A stretch of 64,000 nt of DNA from Lentisphaeria bacterium (lineage in GTDB: Bacteria > Verrucomicrobiota > Lentisphaeria > Victivallales > UBA1829). The position numbers were made by a program, and so were the translations under genes. The stretch spans positions 6,618 through 70,617 of the forward strand of contig JAFZZR010000099.1 of assembly GCA_017615635.1 (NCBI GenBank), given 5' to 3'. The notes under the pieces were generated by a model. It saw only the letters and a program-made list of their open reading frames with translations, did not search any database and was not told the DNA's origin. Shown here piece by piece: positions 1 to 10,344 of this stretch (the stretch's first letter is position 1; each line of letters opens with the position of its first letter).

Positions 1-32
1 CTTTGCAGCAAATTCAAAAAGGAATGACATAC

Positions 33-2459
33 ATGAAGTGCATGTTGTCTTTACTGGCCGCCCTGACGATCCTGTCCGGCTGGTCTGCGGACTTCACCCT
101 CGTTCGGAACAACCAGCCGAAGGCCTCCATCGTCTGCGGAGAGGACTCTTCCGCCCCGGTGAAAACCGCCGTGGCGAACTTCAATGACACGCTCAACACC
201 ATCACGGGCACCCGGCTGCCGGTCGTTCCGGACGGGGCGGAGGGAAACCGGATCAAGCTCGTCGTGCGGAAGCCGGAATCCCTGCACACAGCGGACAACT
301 TCACCATCCGTTTTCCGGATGAACGCACCATGGAGATCGAAGGAACGGAGCATTCGGTGCAGTGGGCATTCAACCACATCATCCGGGAGTTCGCCAAGGC
401 GGAATGGGTGCTGCCGGAAGAGTGCGGACTCAGCTACACGCCGCTGAAAGACCTGACCGTTCCAACGCAGACGGTTGAAGTTAAAGATGTCTCCTGGCCC
501 CTCAGCCGGACGCTCAGCGTTCATCATACGTGGTGGATGCAGAATCTGCGGGACGGCACGAAATTCAGTCACGAACTTCTGACTTTTGCTTTTCCGCTTT
601 CCAAGTACGGGAAGGATAATTCCTGGCCGGAAGCCATGATGCCAGTGCTGAACGGGAAGAAGATCACCGCCCTGCCGAATCCGGAACGTCCGCGGCTGTT
701 CTGGCAGCCCTGCTATTCGAATCCGGAGACAGCGAAGATCGCGGTGGAAAACATTCTGGAATATATGAAAAGCCATCCGGATACTCTGGCCGTCGGGCTG
801 AGCGTCAACGACAATCAGGGGTACTGCGAATGCGGCGAATGTCTGAAGCTTGACAAGGAGCCCCGGCTCTGCCGTTCGGAATCCTATTACACGTTTGTCA
901 ACCGGGTGGCGGAGGAGCTCTGTAAGACATATCCGAACCTGCCGATCAAGGTGGGCGCGTACGACCGCACCTATCAGCCTCCGTCGTTCAAGCTGCATCC
1001 GAATGTGCTCGTGCGTATGACGATCGACTTCAACTCCTGCGTGAGCCCGAAAATGCTGGACTATCACAAGCGGATCATCGCCGAGTGGGGAAGCAAGGCC
1101 TCCATGCTGGGCGTGTGGGATTATTCGTGGGGCTATCCCTACCCGATGCCGAGGCTGTATGCACCCTATCATCTGGATATGCTGAAGTACCTGCATGAGC
1201 ACAACGGCAGAGCCTATGATGCGGAATGCTGGACCAACGATGCCTATGAGGGCCCCAAGCATTATCTGATTTCCAAGTTCCTGTGGAACAGCGATCAGGA
1301 TATGAAGAAACTGGAGGAGGAATGGTACGTCCGCTGCGTGGGCAAAAAGGCCGCGCCGTACCTGAAGGCCTACTATAAAATCTGGAATGACTACTTCACC
1401 GGGCCCGCCATGAAGACGCCGTGGGGAAAAAGCGCCACCGGTGTTTATATGGCCTATAACGACGTCTCCTGCGTCTACGCACTTCAGGAATCCGACATTC
1501 AGGCGGCGGACGAAGCTATGAAGCAGGTTGTCGCGCTGTCGGAGACAGCACAGGAACAGGCCCGCGCCGTCATCCTCATGCGTCTCTGGCGCCACACGTA
1601 CCTGCGGCTGCGTCTTCTGGGCGCCGGGATCTACGACGACAAAGGGTCCATCCATACGCCGGACGCGGCGCTGAAACTGCTGGCGATCCTTTCGAAGTCG
1701 GCGGAGTACATCCGCGAATACGAGGCCCTCAGCGAAATTCTGATCGGAGATAAGAACCTGAGGCACTACTATCTCAGCAACTACTACATACAGGAAGGAG
1801 GCACTCCGGTCGGCAGGAAATTCGACCGGAATCTTGACGGGCACATTCTGGCGGCATCAAAATTTGCAGACCAGCCCGAGGTAAAGGAGCGGATGCAAAA
1901 GATTTATGCCGATCAGCGTCTGCCCGGTTCCGTCCGGGCACTCTGCAAGCTGCTGATCAGCCCCGAATCATACCGGAATCATATCCCGGAAGGCGATGCG
2001 GAATCCGGTGTGACGCCGGCCTTCTCCGCGAGTTCGATCCGGTATTTCGTGAAGGACGACAGTCCGGAGCTGGTGGAGCTCTCCGCAACGGAGGAATTTG
2101 CCGCGTCCGGGAAAAAATCCTTTCAGCTCGAACTGAATTCACACAACACCGTCTTCCGGGTCACCGTCCCCGGACTCAAGCCGGGGAAAAGATATGTTCT
2201 GACCTTCAAAGCGTTCATCGAAAAGCCCAGTGAGGAGGGGTATATTCAGGTATGGTGTCCGGGCCGGGATGCGATCTATCATGAATCCTCCAGGCTCATT
2301 CCCTTCAAGCTTTCCGGCAGCGTATGGCAGAACTGCACGGTTATGTCTTCTGCACTGCCCTCCGATAAATTGTTCATTCGGATTTATCTGAGGAATTTTT
2401 CCAAAGGGGACAAGGTGTATCTGGACGACCTGAAACTCATGGAGATCGATGATCTGTAA
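33..2459 (+). CDS. DUF4838 domain secreted protein (GH-like) with C-terminal carbohydrate-binding-like domain
   Basis: Signal peptide; GH20/GH67-like N-domain; PCYSNP and NDxxGYCECGEC motifs typical of DUF4838; RBS AAAGGA before ATG 33. Confidence 0.7.
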   Translation: MKCMLSLLAALTILSGWSADFTLVRNNQPKASIVCGEDSSAPVKTAVANFNDTLNTITGTRLPVVPDGAEGNRIKLVVRKPESLHTADNFTIRFPDERTMEIEGTEHSVQWAFNHIIREFAKAEWVLPEECGLSYTPLKDLTVPTQTVEVKDVSWPLSRTLSVHHTWWMQNLRDGTKFSHELLTFAFPLSKYGKDNSWPEAMMPVLNGKKITALPNPERPRLFWQPCYSNPETAKIAVENILEYMKSHPDTLAVGLSVNDNQGYCECGECLKLDKEPRLCRSESYYTFVNRVAEELCKTYPNLPIKVGAYDRTYQPPSFKLHPNVLVRMTIDFNSCVSPKMLDYHKRIIAEWGSKASMLGVWDYSWGYPYPMPRLYAPYHLDMLKYLHEHNGRAYDAECWTNDAYEGPKHYLISKFLWNSDQDMKKLEEEWYVRCVGKKAAPYLKAYYKIWNDYFTGPAMKTPWGKSATGVYMAYNDVSCVYALQESDIQAADEAMKQVVALSETAQEQARAVILMRLWRHTYLRLRLLGAGIYDDKGSIHTPDAALKLLAILSKSAEYIREYEALSEILIGDKNLRHYYLSNYYIQEGGTPVGRKFDRNLDGHILAASKFADQPEVKERMQKIYADQRLPGSVRALCKLLISPESYRNHIPEGDAESGVTPAFSASSIRYFVKDDSPELVELSATEEFAASGKKSFQLELNSHNTVFRVTVPGLKPGKRYVLTFKAFIEKPSEEGYIQVWCPGRDAIYHESSRLIPFKLSGSVWQNCTVMSSALPSDKLFIRIYLRNFSKGDKVYLDDLKLMEIDDL

Positions 2460-2485
2460 CCGGAAGCAGGAAACAAGAAGGTATC

Positions 2486-5461
2486 ATGTGGGACTATTAC
2501 TACGACTTTGAGCGGGAGATCCAGCTTGCAGACTGGAAGATCCGGGAGAAACGTGCGGATGGCTCGATCCAGCTCGTCTGCGAAGTGACGCTGGAAAAAG
2601 AGGCGGAGAAGATCCTGCTGTGGACGAAGAATCCGCCGGGCGCAAATATCCATGCCCGCGTGCTGGAAGTCAACGGACGTCCCGTCCGGGAGATACCCGG
2701 TTTCTATATCGGATGCCACGCGGAACGGCAGGGTATGCGGCTCCGTCTTCCGGCGGGGAAGAACCGGATCGAGGCCAGCGTTCTGCCGGGGGCCGAAGGG
2801 ATCGAAAATTTCCGGATGCAGCTGATCGACGTTCTTCCGTTTGTAGAGCCGAAAGAGTATTACCGGGCGTTCTCCGAATCGGAGAAAGAAGTCTTTCCCG
2901 AGGCTCCGGCCATCGGGATCGAGGGTCTGACGCCCGGAGCGGGACATAAGCCGTATCCGGGGCGGTTCGGCTTCGTAAAGGGGACGGGTCTGCTGGACTG
3001 CTCCATGCACGCCTTCGGAAAGATCAGCAGGATGTATCTATGCGGCGATCCGAAAACAAAGGTCCCGTGGGCGTGGGGATACTCGCTGATCCAGGAAGAG
3101 AATACGGAGACCGAAGAAGCGGCGGGATCCGAAGAATATCAGGTAAGTCCGCTTGCCCTGCGCTGGAAACGGGGCGGGACGGAGTATCTCTGCTCCACGG
3201 CGTATCCCGGGATCGTGACGAAGTGTCCGAGCCAGCCGTATCTGAAGGTATCCGAACTCACCTTTGCGGGAAACTATCAATATGTGCTGACCGCGGGCGA
3301 AGCCGCCTCCACCGGCCGTTTCAGCGGAAAGCTGACGGAAAACTGGCTGCTGCTCTTCGGCAGCACGGAATATCCGGATCTGCCCCTGATGCTGATCCCG
3401 GACCGTCCGCCGGAGAAGATCGAATTTCTGCGTAACGGCGAAAACCGTCTGACCGAAGTCCGGCTGTACGGATGTTCCCGTCTGACCACTCTGACGCCGT
3501 TCGGCTTCGAGCCGCTGGATCCGCAAAGTCCGGAAGATGAAGCGTTTCTCGCCGAGGCTATACGGAGGTGCCGGTTCTGGGCGCGGGCGTCGCTCGCCAT
3601 CCCGACCGCCTGTCGGGAGTATTTCCGGAACGATTACGAGAAACAGGAGGTGCGGATCGTCCAGAAGTTCGAGTACGAGGAGTTCACGGACGGCTGGGAC
3701 ACGGAAAAACTGCATCTGGCACCGCTGCCGCCCGCGCTGGGACTGGATAAGGAAGGGACCGCCTCGCCGGGAGCGATGGATTTCCGTTTTCCGACCAAAT
3801 ACGGGCCGCTGACGGGCCGGATCGGACAGGACAGCGAATACACGCTGAAAATGGTATATCCCTACCGGAAATTCCCTCTGAAACAGGATGGTTCCAAAGC
3901 GGAGAAGCTGATCGCACGGGATCTGGAAAACTTTTTCGAATTCCAGAGCCGGTTCCCGGACGATCTCCGGAGCTTCGCGTATCCGGGAGCGATCCTGGAA
4001 AGCTACGCCTACAGCGGAACCATGTTCAACTTCATGCCGAAGGAAAAACGCGACCTGCTGGCGAAGATCCTGCCGCCCCGCATGAAGCTCTCCTGCGATC
4101 CGAAAGGCAGATACACGCTGAAGCTGACGGAATGGGCGCATCTTTTCCGGACCAGTCCGAACCGGGACGAGGTGGAACGCTATTACAAAAGCGATGCCGT
4201 GCGGAGCATGGAGATGCTCAATCTGTATGACCGGACCGAACCGTTCACGGGCGCGTCCTACAAACTCTGCTATCTGAACTGCTCCATGCTTTTTGCGGGG
4301 GAGCTGAAAACGGGTACGCAGGAGGAAGTGGGGAAGTATCCAAAACCCTGCATCGAGATCGACTGGGGAATGGGCGTCTTCTTCTACATGCTCTATCTTT
4401 CGGCTCTGATCAGCGGGGATTTCTCCGCGGTCCGGGAAAACTGGTCCGTGCTGAAAAAGATCTTCGTCTACTTCGAAGTCTACCACGACTGGGCGTGCAT
4501 GGGCGCCGGATATGCGGAAAAAGCCTGTACCTGGGTGGAAGGCGCCGACTTCGGAGCGTTCACCGCCTTCACGCATCTGGCGCGGATCGTCGGAGATCAT
4601 GAGGCGGCGGAACAGGCGGTCTATCTGACCGCGAAACTTCTGGTGCTGGACAAGAGCCGGTTCTTCGCGGGGCCGTTTTTCGCCGGGCTGTATCATGTGG
4701 AACCGTGGTACGGGCATCTGTTCTTTCAGGAGGAATACGATCTGCTGCATAATTTCCTGAGCGTTCCGAAAACGACCTCTCTGAGTCCGGGCGAACGGAT
4801 CCGGCGAGGAGCGCTCCACGGTCTGATCACGGAAGGATTGTATCCCGAACTGTTCGAGGCATTCCGGAAAACCTCGCCGAAGGTCCACCGCATGACCATG
4901 AGCCGGTACCGCGAAGCCTACGGGAACGGATACGATTCGGAGAATCCGCCGCAGGGACGGCTTCAGTGCGATTTCAATTATCTGCTGGTCAACGATGCGC
5001 TCGATCCGGAAATTCCGCCGGACCGGACTCTTCGGCTGATCGAAAAGGCCAGATCGTACCGGAGGCTGATGGGCCAATGGCACGACGTCCACCGATTCGA
5101 GAACAACACCCCGGCGGATTATCTGGAAGGTCAGCTCAACGCCTGGCTGGAGATGCGGGATCATCCGCTCTGGCTGGAGCACTGGGAGGATCTGCGGATC
5201 GTTTCGGCTCAGTGGCATCCGGCGGAGGCAGTCGCTGAAATCGAAGTCAGGATCACGGGAGAGAAACCGCTGCTGCGCTGCGGGATCAGAGTCGTTCCGG
5301 AAGGAGCCGTGCTCAACGGCAAAAATCTTCCGCGGGACACCGTGACCGACGGAATCATCGTATTTCATCCGTCCGCATCGGGACTGCTTCGGATCAGCTT
5401 CCGCGCGGGCGAACAGAGAGTAATAGATAAAAAAGTAATATCCAAGGAGAAGATGGAATGA
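2486..5461 (+). CDS. Large hypothetical protein, possibly a glycoside hydrolase or lyase
   Basis: 991-aa ORF with RBS; aromatic-rich helical C-terminal half; sits in a carbohydrate-type operon; no family recognised. Confidence 0.55.
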   Translation: MWDYYYDFEREIQLADWKIREKRADGSIQLVCEVTLEKEAEKILLWTKNPPGANIHARVLEVNGRPVREIPGFYIGCHAERQGMRLRLPAGKNRIEASVLPGAEGIENFRMQLIDVLPFVEPKEYYRAFSESEKEVFPEAPAIGIEGLTPGAGHKPYPGRFGFVKGTGLLDCSMHAFGKISRMYLCGDPKTKVPWAWGYSLIQEENTETEEAAGSEEYQVSPLALRWKRGGTEYLCSTAYPGIVTKCPSQPYLKVSELTFAGNYQYVLTAGEAASTGRFSGKLTENWLLLFGSTEYPDLPLMLIPDRPPEKIEFLRNGENRLTEVRLYGCSRLTTLTPFGFEPLDPQSPEDEAFLAEAIRRCRFWARASLAIPTACREYFRNDYEKQEVRIVQKFEYEEFTDGWDTEKLHLAPLPPALGLDKEGTASPGAMDFRFPTKYGPLTGRIGQDSEYTLKMVYPYRKFPLKQDGSKAEKLIARDLENFFEFQSRFPDDLRSFAYPGAILESYAYSGTMFNFMPKEKRDLLAKILPPRMKLSCDPKGRYTLKLTEWAHLFRTSPNRDEVERYYKSDAVRSMEMLNLYDRTEPFTGASYKLCYLNCSMLFAGELKTGTQEEVGKYPKPCIEIDWGMGVFFYMLYLSALISGDFSAVRENWSVLKKIFVYFEVYHDWACMGAGYAEKACTWVEGADFGAFTAFTHLARIVGDHEAAEQAVYLTAKLLVLDKSRFFAGPFFAGLYHVEPWYGHLFFQEEYDLLHNFLSVPKTTSLSPGERIRRGALHGLITEGLYPELFEAFRKTSPKVHRMTMSRYREAYGNGYDSENPPQGRLQCDFNYLLVNDALDPEIPPDRTLRLIEKARSYRRLMGQWHDVHRFENNTPADYLEGQLNAWLEMRDHPLWLEHWEDLRIVSAQWHPAEAVAEIEVRITGEKPLLRCGIRVVPEGAVLNGKNLPRDTVTDGIIVFHPSASGLLRISFRAGEQRVIDKKVISKEKME

Positions 5462-6663
5462 TCGAAATCACCAGTCATCGTCAGGGCGCGATCCTGAACC
5501 GGCATCACGGAACGGAAAGCGCAAAGAGCTTGAAAATCACGGTACAGGGGATATCCGAATCGGGGCATCCGGTAAAAGTCAACGGAGTCCCGGCGCAAAT
5601 GGACGGCCGGAACTTCTCGGCGGAAGTCGAACTGACGAAGAAGGTGAATCCGGTCACGGCGTCGGTGATGACTCCGTACGGAATCTATTCCCAGGAACTC
5701 GAACTGGTGTGGGACAAACAGTCGTTCCGTCGGTTCAACTGCTTTATCGACGACCACAGTTTCGTGTTCACGGAACTCACGAGACAGCGTCCGAAACACG
5801 CCTTCAACCACTTCTATCTGGCGGGTCTGAAGAAGATCCATGAGGAAACCGGATTCAAGCTGACGCTGAACACGTTCTACCGCAACGACCACGACAAAAA
5901 CGGCTTTCTGCTGAAGGAAATGCCGGACATCTGGAAATCCGAATTCGAGGAAAACTCCGACTGGCTGAAGATATCCTTCCACTCCTACAGCGAATTTCCG
6001 GACCGGCCGTATCTGGAATCCACCGCGGAAGAGTTCGGACATGATTACGATCTGGTCAAGAACGAGATCATCCGCTTTGCCGGGGAGAACACTTTCATTC
6101 CGCCGATCGTGCTCCACTGGGGCAATATTCACCCCGCGGCCGCCGCCGAACTCATCCGCCGGGGCTCCCGCTGCTACAGCAAGGGATTCCGTCCCCGGGT
6201 GATGGGCGGTCCCAGTCTGGCCGAGCGCCAGAAGGGCGGCGACATGGCGAAGGTGCAGAACCGCTCCCTGTCGGGAGAGGACAAGCAGGCACCCACGGAC
6301 GGACTCAAGATGCACTACGGATTCCAGGAAGAAACCGAGTATCAGGAAAAATATCATGCCTTCTATGATCCGTCGCTGGATTTTCTGTTCTACCGGGGGA
6401 CGATCTGCTGCAATCTGGTGCCGCTGGCGGAAATTCCGAAACGGTTCGAGGCGATCATGAAAGACGTTGAAGCACGCGGGATCGATGCGCTCAGCTTTGC
6501 CAGTCACGAGCAATACACCTTCCCGAGCTATCCGAACTATCTGCCGGATCATATGGAACGGATCGCGCTCACCGCCCGTCTTTACGCGGAAAACGATTTC
6601 AAGCCGGTTTTCTTCAACGACGGACTGCTGGGCAATATGTCCTGGGAGAATCAGCCGGAATAA
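5458..6663 (+). CDS. Hypothetical protein: N-terminal Ig-like domain plus polysaccharide-deacetylase-like domain
   Basis: ATGA overlap with upstream gene; FIDD, SFHSY and ASHEQY motifs resemble a NodB-like fold. Confidence 0.5.
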   Translation: MIEITSHRQGAILNRHHGTESAKSLKITVQGISESGHPVKVNGVPAQMDGRNFSAEVELTKKVNPVTASVMTPYGIYSQELELVWDKQSFRRFNCFIDDHSFVFTELTRQRPKHAFNHFYLAGLKKIHEETGFKLTLNTFYRNDHDKNGFLLKEMPDIWKSEFEENSDWLKISFHSYSEFPDRPYLESTAEEFGHDYDLVKNEIIRFAGENTFIPPIVLHWGNIHPAAAAELIRRGSRCYSKGFRPRVMGGPSLAERQKGGDMAKVQNRSLSGEDKQAPTDGLKMHYGFQEETEYQEKYHAFYDPSLDFLFYRGTICCNLVPLAEIPKRFEAIMKDVEARGIDALSFASHEQYTFPSYPNYLPDHMERIALTARLYAENDFKPVFFNDGLLGNMSWENQPE

Positions 6664-6741
6664 CCTCGAAATCCACACCTGTCCCATTCAGCCGGACAGC
6701 GTTCGGACAGAAAGTTTTTTTCAAAAAAAACATTTTTCTGT

Positions 6742-6770
6742 TTGACAATGTACGCGAATGGAACTATATT
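6742..6770 (+). promoter_or_regulatory. Sigma70-type promoter of the TRL-like gene
   Basis: TTGACA-N17-TATATT. Confidence 0.7.
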
Positions 6771-6856
6771 TACACCAAGAGCAACGATCCGGAGGTACGG
6801 CGCATTCGGTTTGCGCTCACAACCCGGGTCAAAACGTTAACAGAAAGGTTTTTCGA

Positions 6857-7252
6857 ATGAAAAAGTCCCTTCTCCTCGCCGGCAGCGCCATGGTTGCTGC
6901 CCTCGTCATGACCGGCTGCGCCGCTGTCGCCACCAACAATGGTTCCGTCACCACCGCTTCCGTCGGCCCGAACTTCTACTCTCAGGTCTCCGCCAACGCC
7001 GTCATTCCGCAGTACGCTGCCGCCGGCGCCAAGATCGTGAAGCGCGATGTCACCGCCACCGCCACGCTGAAGAGCTTCTTCACCTGCGTGAACCTGGGCG
7101 ATGCCTCCTACGAGACCCTGAAGGCTGAAGCTCTCAAGCAGGCCGCAGGCGCCACCGATCTGACCAACGTCAAGATCGACTACAAGCAGAACACCATCTG
7201 CGGCATCACCGAAATCACTGTCAAGCTGACCGCCGACGCTGTCAAGTATTGA
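6857..7252 (+). CDS. TRL-like family lipoprotein
   Basis: Lipobox MTGC; LGDASYE..K..A and 'NVKIDYKQNTICGI' pattern; strongly biased codons. Confidence 0.65.
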   Translation: MKKSLLLAGSAMVAALVMTGCAAVATNNGSVTTASVGPNFYSQVSANAVIPQYAAAGAKIVKRDVTATATLKSFFTCVNLGDASYETLKAEALKQAAGATDLTNVKIDYKQNTICGITEITVKLTADAVKY

Positions 7253-7307
7253 TTTTGTGACGGGTTTCCGGATCGGCGAAGGCAACTCCGCCGATCCAGG
7301 ATGCAAG

Positions 7308-7341
7308 GACACCCTTCCCTTCCGGAAGGGTGTCTTTTTTT
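7308..7341 (+). terminator. Rho-independent terminator
   Basis: GACACCCTTCC/GGAAGGGTGTC stem followed by T7. Confidence 0.85.
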
Positions 7342-7484
7342 ATGCACGTTCGACAAAGACGCGGTGAGGAGGGGATAAGGGGAGAGAGGAAGGAGAATAT
7401 CCGTGAAGGAGGGCCTGCTGCCGTGCGGTCATACCGCTGTTTCGGACCATTTATTTGTGAAATAAATATTCGGAAAAGAATGGA

Positions 7485-8867
7485 TCAGGGCGTCACATCT
7501 TCGCTCTGCCGGCGGAGCCGCTCTTCCAGATAGCGTATCTGTTCCGCCACGTTCCGCTGAAGTTCCGGATCGTTCTGAAGATCGGCAGGGGGACGGTAGT
7601 TCTGCCAGATCCGGAGGGCGCCCGCAAAATCCTTTGCCGTTTCCCGTTCACCCGAAAGCCGGAGCAGAACCGTCATTTCCGTTTTCCGCCGTTCGGCCGG
7701 ATCGGAATCGGGAGTCGGCTGCCGCCCGGCATCCGGATCCGTCTTCGGTCCGGCGGGGACGGTGTTTTCCACCACATTCCCCTGCCCGGCGGCGGGAGCG
7801 GCCGTGCGGTTTTTCCGGATGAAGAAGATCAGTACCGAAAGAAGCACGGCCAGGATCAGGAGTCCGGTCACGGCGGCGAGGAGGAACTTTTTGCGGTGCG
7901 GAAAGGATTCGGAGGGCTTCGTCCCTTTTTTCACGGAATCTCCGTCCACATCCGCCAGGTCGGCAAGGGATATGGGGACGGTCTCGAACTGTGCCAGAAG
8001 CCTCGTCGTCCGCCGTTCGATCTCTTCCCAGCTGGCCGGCCTTCCCGCGGGATCCTTGGACATCATTTCATGGATCAGCGTGGACGTTCCCGGAGTGACG
8101 GCGGCCTCCTTCCGGAGAATGGGCACCGGATTTTTGAGGTGCATGGATACAACGGACATGGCGTTCGGCGAGTCATACGGCGGATGGCCGGACAGCAGAT
8201 GATACATGGTGATCCCCAGAGAATAGATGTCCGACCGGAAATCGATCTCCTTGCTTCCCCGGGCCTGCTCGGGACTGATGTAGACCGGAGATCCGATCAT
8301 GACACCCGAAGAAGTGAGTTCCGTATGGCGGCCCGAAGGATTTATGATTTTGGATATGCCCACATCCAGCAGCTTCGTGCCGCCCGACCGGGTCCGCATG
8401 ATATTGGCGGGCTTGATGTCCCTATGGACCATATTGAACTTGCTCCAGGCGTAGCCCATGGCCCGCGCCACATCGCGGGCGGCGGAGAGGACCTCTTTTT
8501 CGGTGAGCCGCTCCTGAATGGCCAGCTCCGTCCTCAGATCCCGGCCGTCCACATACTCCATGGCGAAGAAACAGGTCCACTTGTCCACGCCGGCCTCGAT
8601 GGCCTGAACGATGTAAGGATTTTCCAGTTTTGCCAAAAGCCGGACTTCCCGGAAGAACCGCTCCGTGTATTCAGGCTGAGCGGAATAGTCGGCCCGGAGG
8701 ATCTTGACGGCCACAAGCCGCTGCATGGAGATTTGTTTCGCCAGAAAAACGGAGCCCATACCGCCGGCGCCGATCATCTGTCCGAGGAGATAATCGCCGA
8801 CTCTGCGTCCGGTGGCGCCGAACGCAGGGATGTCCGATCCTTTTTCCGGCCCCTTTTCTTCCGCCAC
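7485..8867 (-). CDS. Hanks-type Ser/Thr protein kinase with one TM helix
   Basis: GAGGMG, VAVK, HRDIKPAN, DVG (DFG-equivalent), SPEQ, SDIYSLG; TM segment after the kinase domain. Confidence 0.92.
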   Translation of the reverse strand: MAEEKGPEKGSDIPAFGATGRRVGDYLLGQMIGAGGMGSVFLAKQISMQRLVAVKILRADYSAQPEYTERFFREVRLLAKLENPYIVQAIEAGVDKWTCFFAMEYVDGRDLRTELAIQERLTEKEVLSAARDVARAMGYAWSKFNMVHRDIKPANIMRTRSGGTKLLDVGISKIINPSGRHTELTSSGVMIGSPVYISPEQARGSKEIDFRSDIYSLGITMYHLLSGHPPYDSPNAMSVVSMHLKNPVPILRKEAAVTPGTSTLIHEMMSKDPAGRPASWEEIERRTTRLLAQFETVPISLADLADVDGDSVKKGTKPSESFPHRKKFLLAAVTGLLILAVLLSVLIFFIRKNRTAAPAAGQGNVVENTVPAGPKTDPDAGRQPTPDSDPAERRKTEMTVLLRLSGERETAKDFAGALRIWQNYRPPADLQNDPELQRNVAEQIRYLEERLRRQSEDVTP

Positions 8868-9014
8868 GATCCGTCTCCCGCCTCATGCAGAATTACAGAG
8901 ATAATCCGGCCCGGTTATCCGAATCCGGAGAAAAAAAACAGAAGCAGGGTATCATAAACGCTCCAACACATCTGTTGTACGTTAAAGCCTGGGCGGCTTT
9001 GAAGTATTCATTGT

Positions 9015-10331
9015 TCAGAGGAATGAACTCCTGCTTCCTGATCCTACTATACACCGCTTTTTCAAAAAAGCAAGCGCCTCTCCGCACAGGTGCAGAGACC
9101 CGCACAGAATTTTATTTTCCCCGGGCCGCAGCAGCGCCTCCTCCAGCGTGGTTTCATCCCAGGGGATCCCCGGCGCACAGCCTGCAAGCTCGTCGCCCAG
9201 GGACCGTCCGCTCCGGCTGGCCCGGTCCGTGTCCTCGAGATGAAGGAAGGTGAAGGATTCGGCGAGGGGAGCCAGTCGGGACAGAGAGGGCATGGTGTCC
9301 TTATCGGAAAACGCGCCGAAGAGGAAATGGAATTTTCGGCCGGGATAGAGTTCTTCCAGCGTATCGGCCAGCGCCGCGATCCCTTCCGGATTGTGTCCGC
9401 CGTCGAGAAGGAGGCCGGGCAGGAACTGGAACCGGGCGTCCCACCGAACCGTCTGAAAAGCCTCCGCCGCCTTCTCCGGAGAAAAACCGAACACGGGAGC
9501 GAAATGGCAGAGAACCGTGTACGCCAATGCGGCATTGCGGCGCTGATGAGGCCCCGCCAGCGGCGTGGAGAGCCGTGTGCCGTCTTCCAGCCGGAAGGTC
9601 TGGAGAAATCCTTTGTCGCCTTCGGGCAGACGGATGGTCCGGTCTCCTTCGCGGATCGGAGCGGAAAGATAAAACGGCGAGTTCAGCGACTCCGCCCGGG
9701 CCCGGATGACATCCAGAGCCTCCTTCGGGGTGGCCGCCGCACAGAAGACCGGCTTTCCGGGCTTGATGATCCCGGCTTTCTCAAATGCGATCTTCGCCAG
9801 TGTGTCCCCCAGAAACTGCTGATGTTCCAGCGAGATCCCCGTAATGACCGCCGCACGGGTGTCCGGAACGTTGGTGGCGTCGAGGCGTCCGCCCATACCG
9901 GTCTCCCACAGAACGACCTGACAGGCCGCCTTCCGGAAAATCATGGCGGCCAGAACGGTGACGAGTTCGAAATACGTGGGGGCTTTCCCTTCGGCCTTCA
10001 TGGCTTCCGCTTCGGGGAACAGCTGCTCCGCCGCCTCGTTCAGCTCGTCGGAGGAAACGGGTTCGCCATCGATCCGGAACCGTTCGCACGGCGAGATCAG
10101 ATGAGGCGAACTGTAAAATCCCGTGCGGAGACCCGCCGAACGGAACGCGGCCTCCAGATATGCACAGACAGATCCCTTTCCGTTGCTCCCGGCCACGTGA
10201 AGGAAGAAAAGATCCCGTTCCGGACTGCCTGCCCGGCGAAACAGCTCACGGGTCCGCTCCAGTCCCATCCGGATCCCGATCATGCCGATGGAGTTCAGCC
10301 ACTCCTCGGCACCCGGGAAAGTGCCAGCCAT
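9015..10331 (-). CDS. folC: Folylpolyglutamate/dihydrofolate synthase
   Basis: HVAGSNGKGS, ETGMGGRLDATN, LDGGHNP. Confidence 0.95.
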   Translation of the reverse strand: MAGTFPGAEEWLNSIGMIGIRMGLERTRELFRRAGSPERDLFFLHVAGSNGKGSVCAYLEAAFRSAGLRTGFYSSPHLISPCERFRIDGEPVSSDELNEAAEQLFPEAEAMKAEGKAPTYFELVTVLAAMIFRKAACQVVLWETGMGGRLDATNVPDTRAAVITGISLEHQQFLGDTLAKIAFEKAGIIKPGKPVFCAAATPKEALDVIRARAESLNSPFYLSAPIREGDRTIRLPEGDKGFLQTFRLEDGTRLSTPLAGPHQRRNAALAYTVLCHFAPVFGFSPEKAAEAFQTVRWDARFQFLPGLLLDGGHNPEGIAALADTLEELYPGRKFHFLFGAFSDKDTMPSLSRLAPLAESFTFLHLEDTDRASRSGRSLGDELAGCAPGIPWDETTLEEALLRPGENKILCGSLHLCGEALAFLKKRCIVGSGSRSSFL

Positions 10332-10344
10332 ACGTCCGCCTCCT

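Noticed and set aside
7262-7300. SRP RNA or riboswitch
   Set aside because: Lacks the SRP helix-8 consensus and lies 3' of a gene, just before a terminator
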